NCBI GenBank assembly: GCA_028534125.1
Contig: CM052845.1
Span: forward strand, 5,146,097 to 5,210,000
Length of the DNA stretch: 63,904 nt
Source of the DNA: Lama glama
Taxonomy: Eukaryota
Direction: 5' to 3'
In this document: piece after piece, positions 63,661 through 63,904 of the stretch
How positions within the stretch are numbered: the stretch's first letter is position 1
Layout of the letters: every line of letters begins with the position of its first letter
The notes under the pieces: model-generated
Told to the model about the DNA's origin: nothing
Seen by the model: only the letters and a program-made list of their open reading frames with translations
Database searches by the model: none
Made by a program: the position numbers and the translations under genes

Positions 63661-63904
63661 CTAATAGGCTTAAAGACAGTAGTAGCCTTTTATTCTTGTA
63701 ACTGTAATCCCAGGAATTTACCAAAGGAAAGTATTAGGGCTACAAACCAAGATTCAAACACGATCAATTATTTTAGTTCAAAAACAGAAAGAAAAAGAAA
63801 AAATGTATGCAAAGCTACATGCCAAATACCAGAGCTTTGTTTAAGTAAATCATAATTCAATAATTTAGTATCTAAGAGCATTAAAAGTTGTGACTTCAAC
63901 TTGT

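Larger units (their letters stand above)
1..63904 (-). other. UNC5D: UNC5D gene body (partial: intron 4 through intron 11)
   Basis: Seven exons in the right order and phase encode recognisable UNC5D peptides. Exons 4 and 12 were not found, so the gene extends beyond both ends. Confidence 0.96.

Noticed and set aside
1-63904. CRISPR arrays, operons or other prokaryotic-type systems
   Set aside because: No regularly spaced repeats or dense coding. The sequence is clearly mammalian intron-exon DNA.

Overview
Mammalian genomic DNA lying entirely inside the netrin receptor gene UNC5D on the minus strand. It is probably from a camelid, judged from three tRNA-Ala-derived Vic-1-type SINEs and the absence of recognisable ruminant or pig SINEs. 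Seven consecutive coding exons are present (5-11 by human numbering, recalled rather than looked up). They encode the rest of Ig2, TSP1-1, TSP1-2, a 33-nt microexon, the transmembrane segment, the 378-nt cytoplasmic region and the start of ZU5. Every visible boundary is GT-AG and the phases are consistent. Exons 6 and 9 are partly hidden by N gaps. The remainder is intronic: lineage-specific L1 3' ends (several with clear TSDs), older L1/L2/MIR, LTRs and DNA-transposon MITEs. Apart from the UNC5D exons and L1 fragments, the ORF track is noise. I see no clear new biological system. The best candidates for a second look are a 2.4-kb TSD-flanked L1 derivative with 5'UTR and ORF1 but no ORF2 (HAL1-like), a cluster of splice-site oddities at exon 10, and the microexon with a nearby YCAY cluster. 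Repeat family names come from recognition, not a database search.
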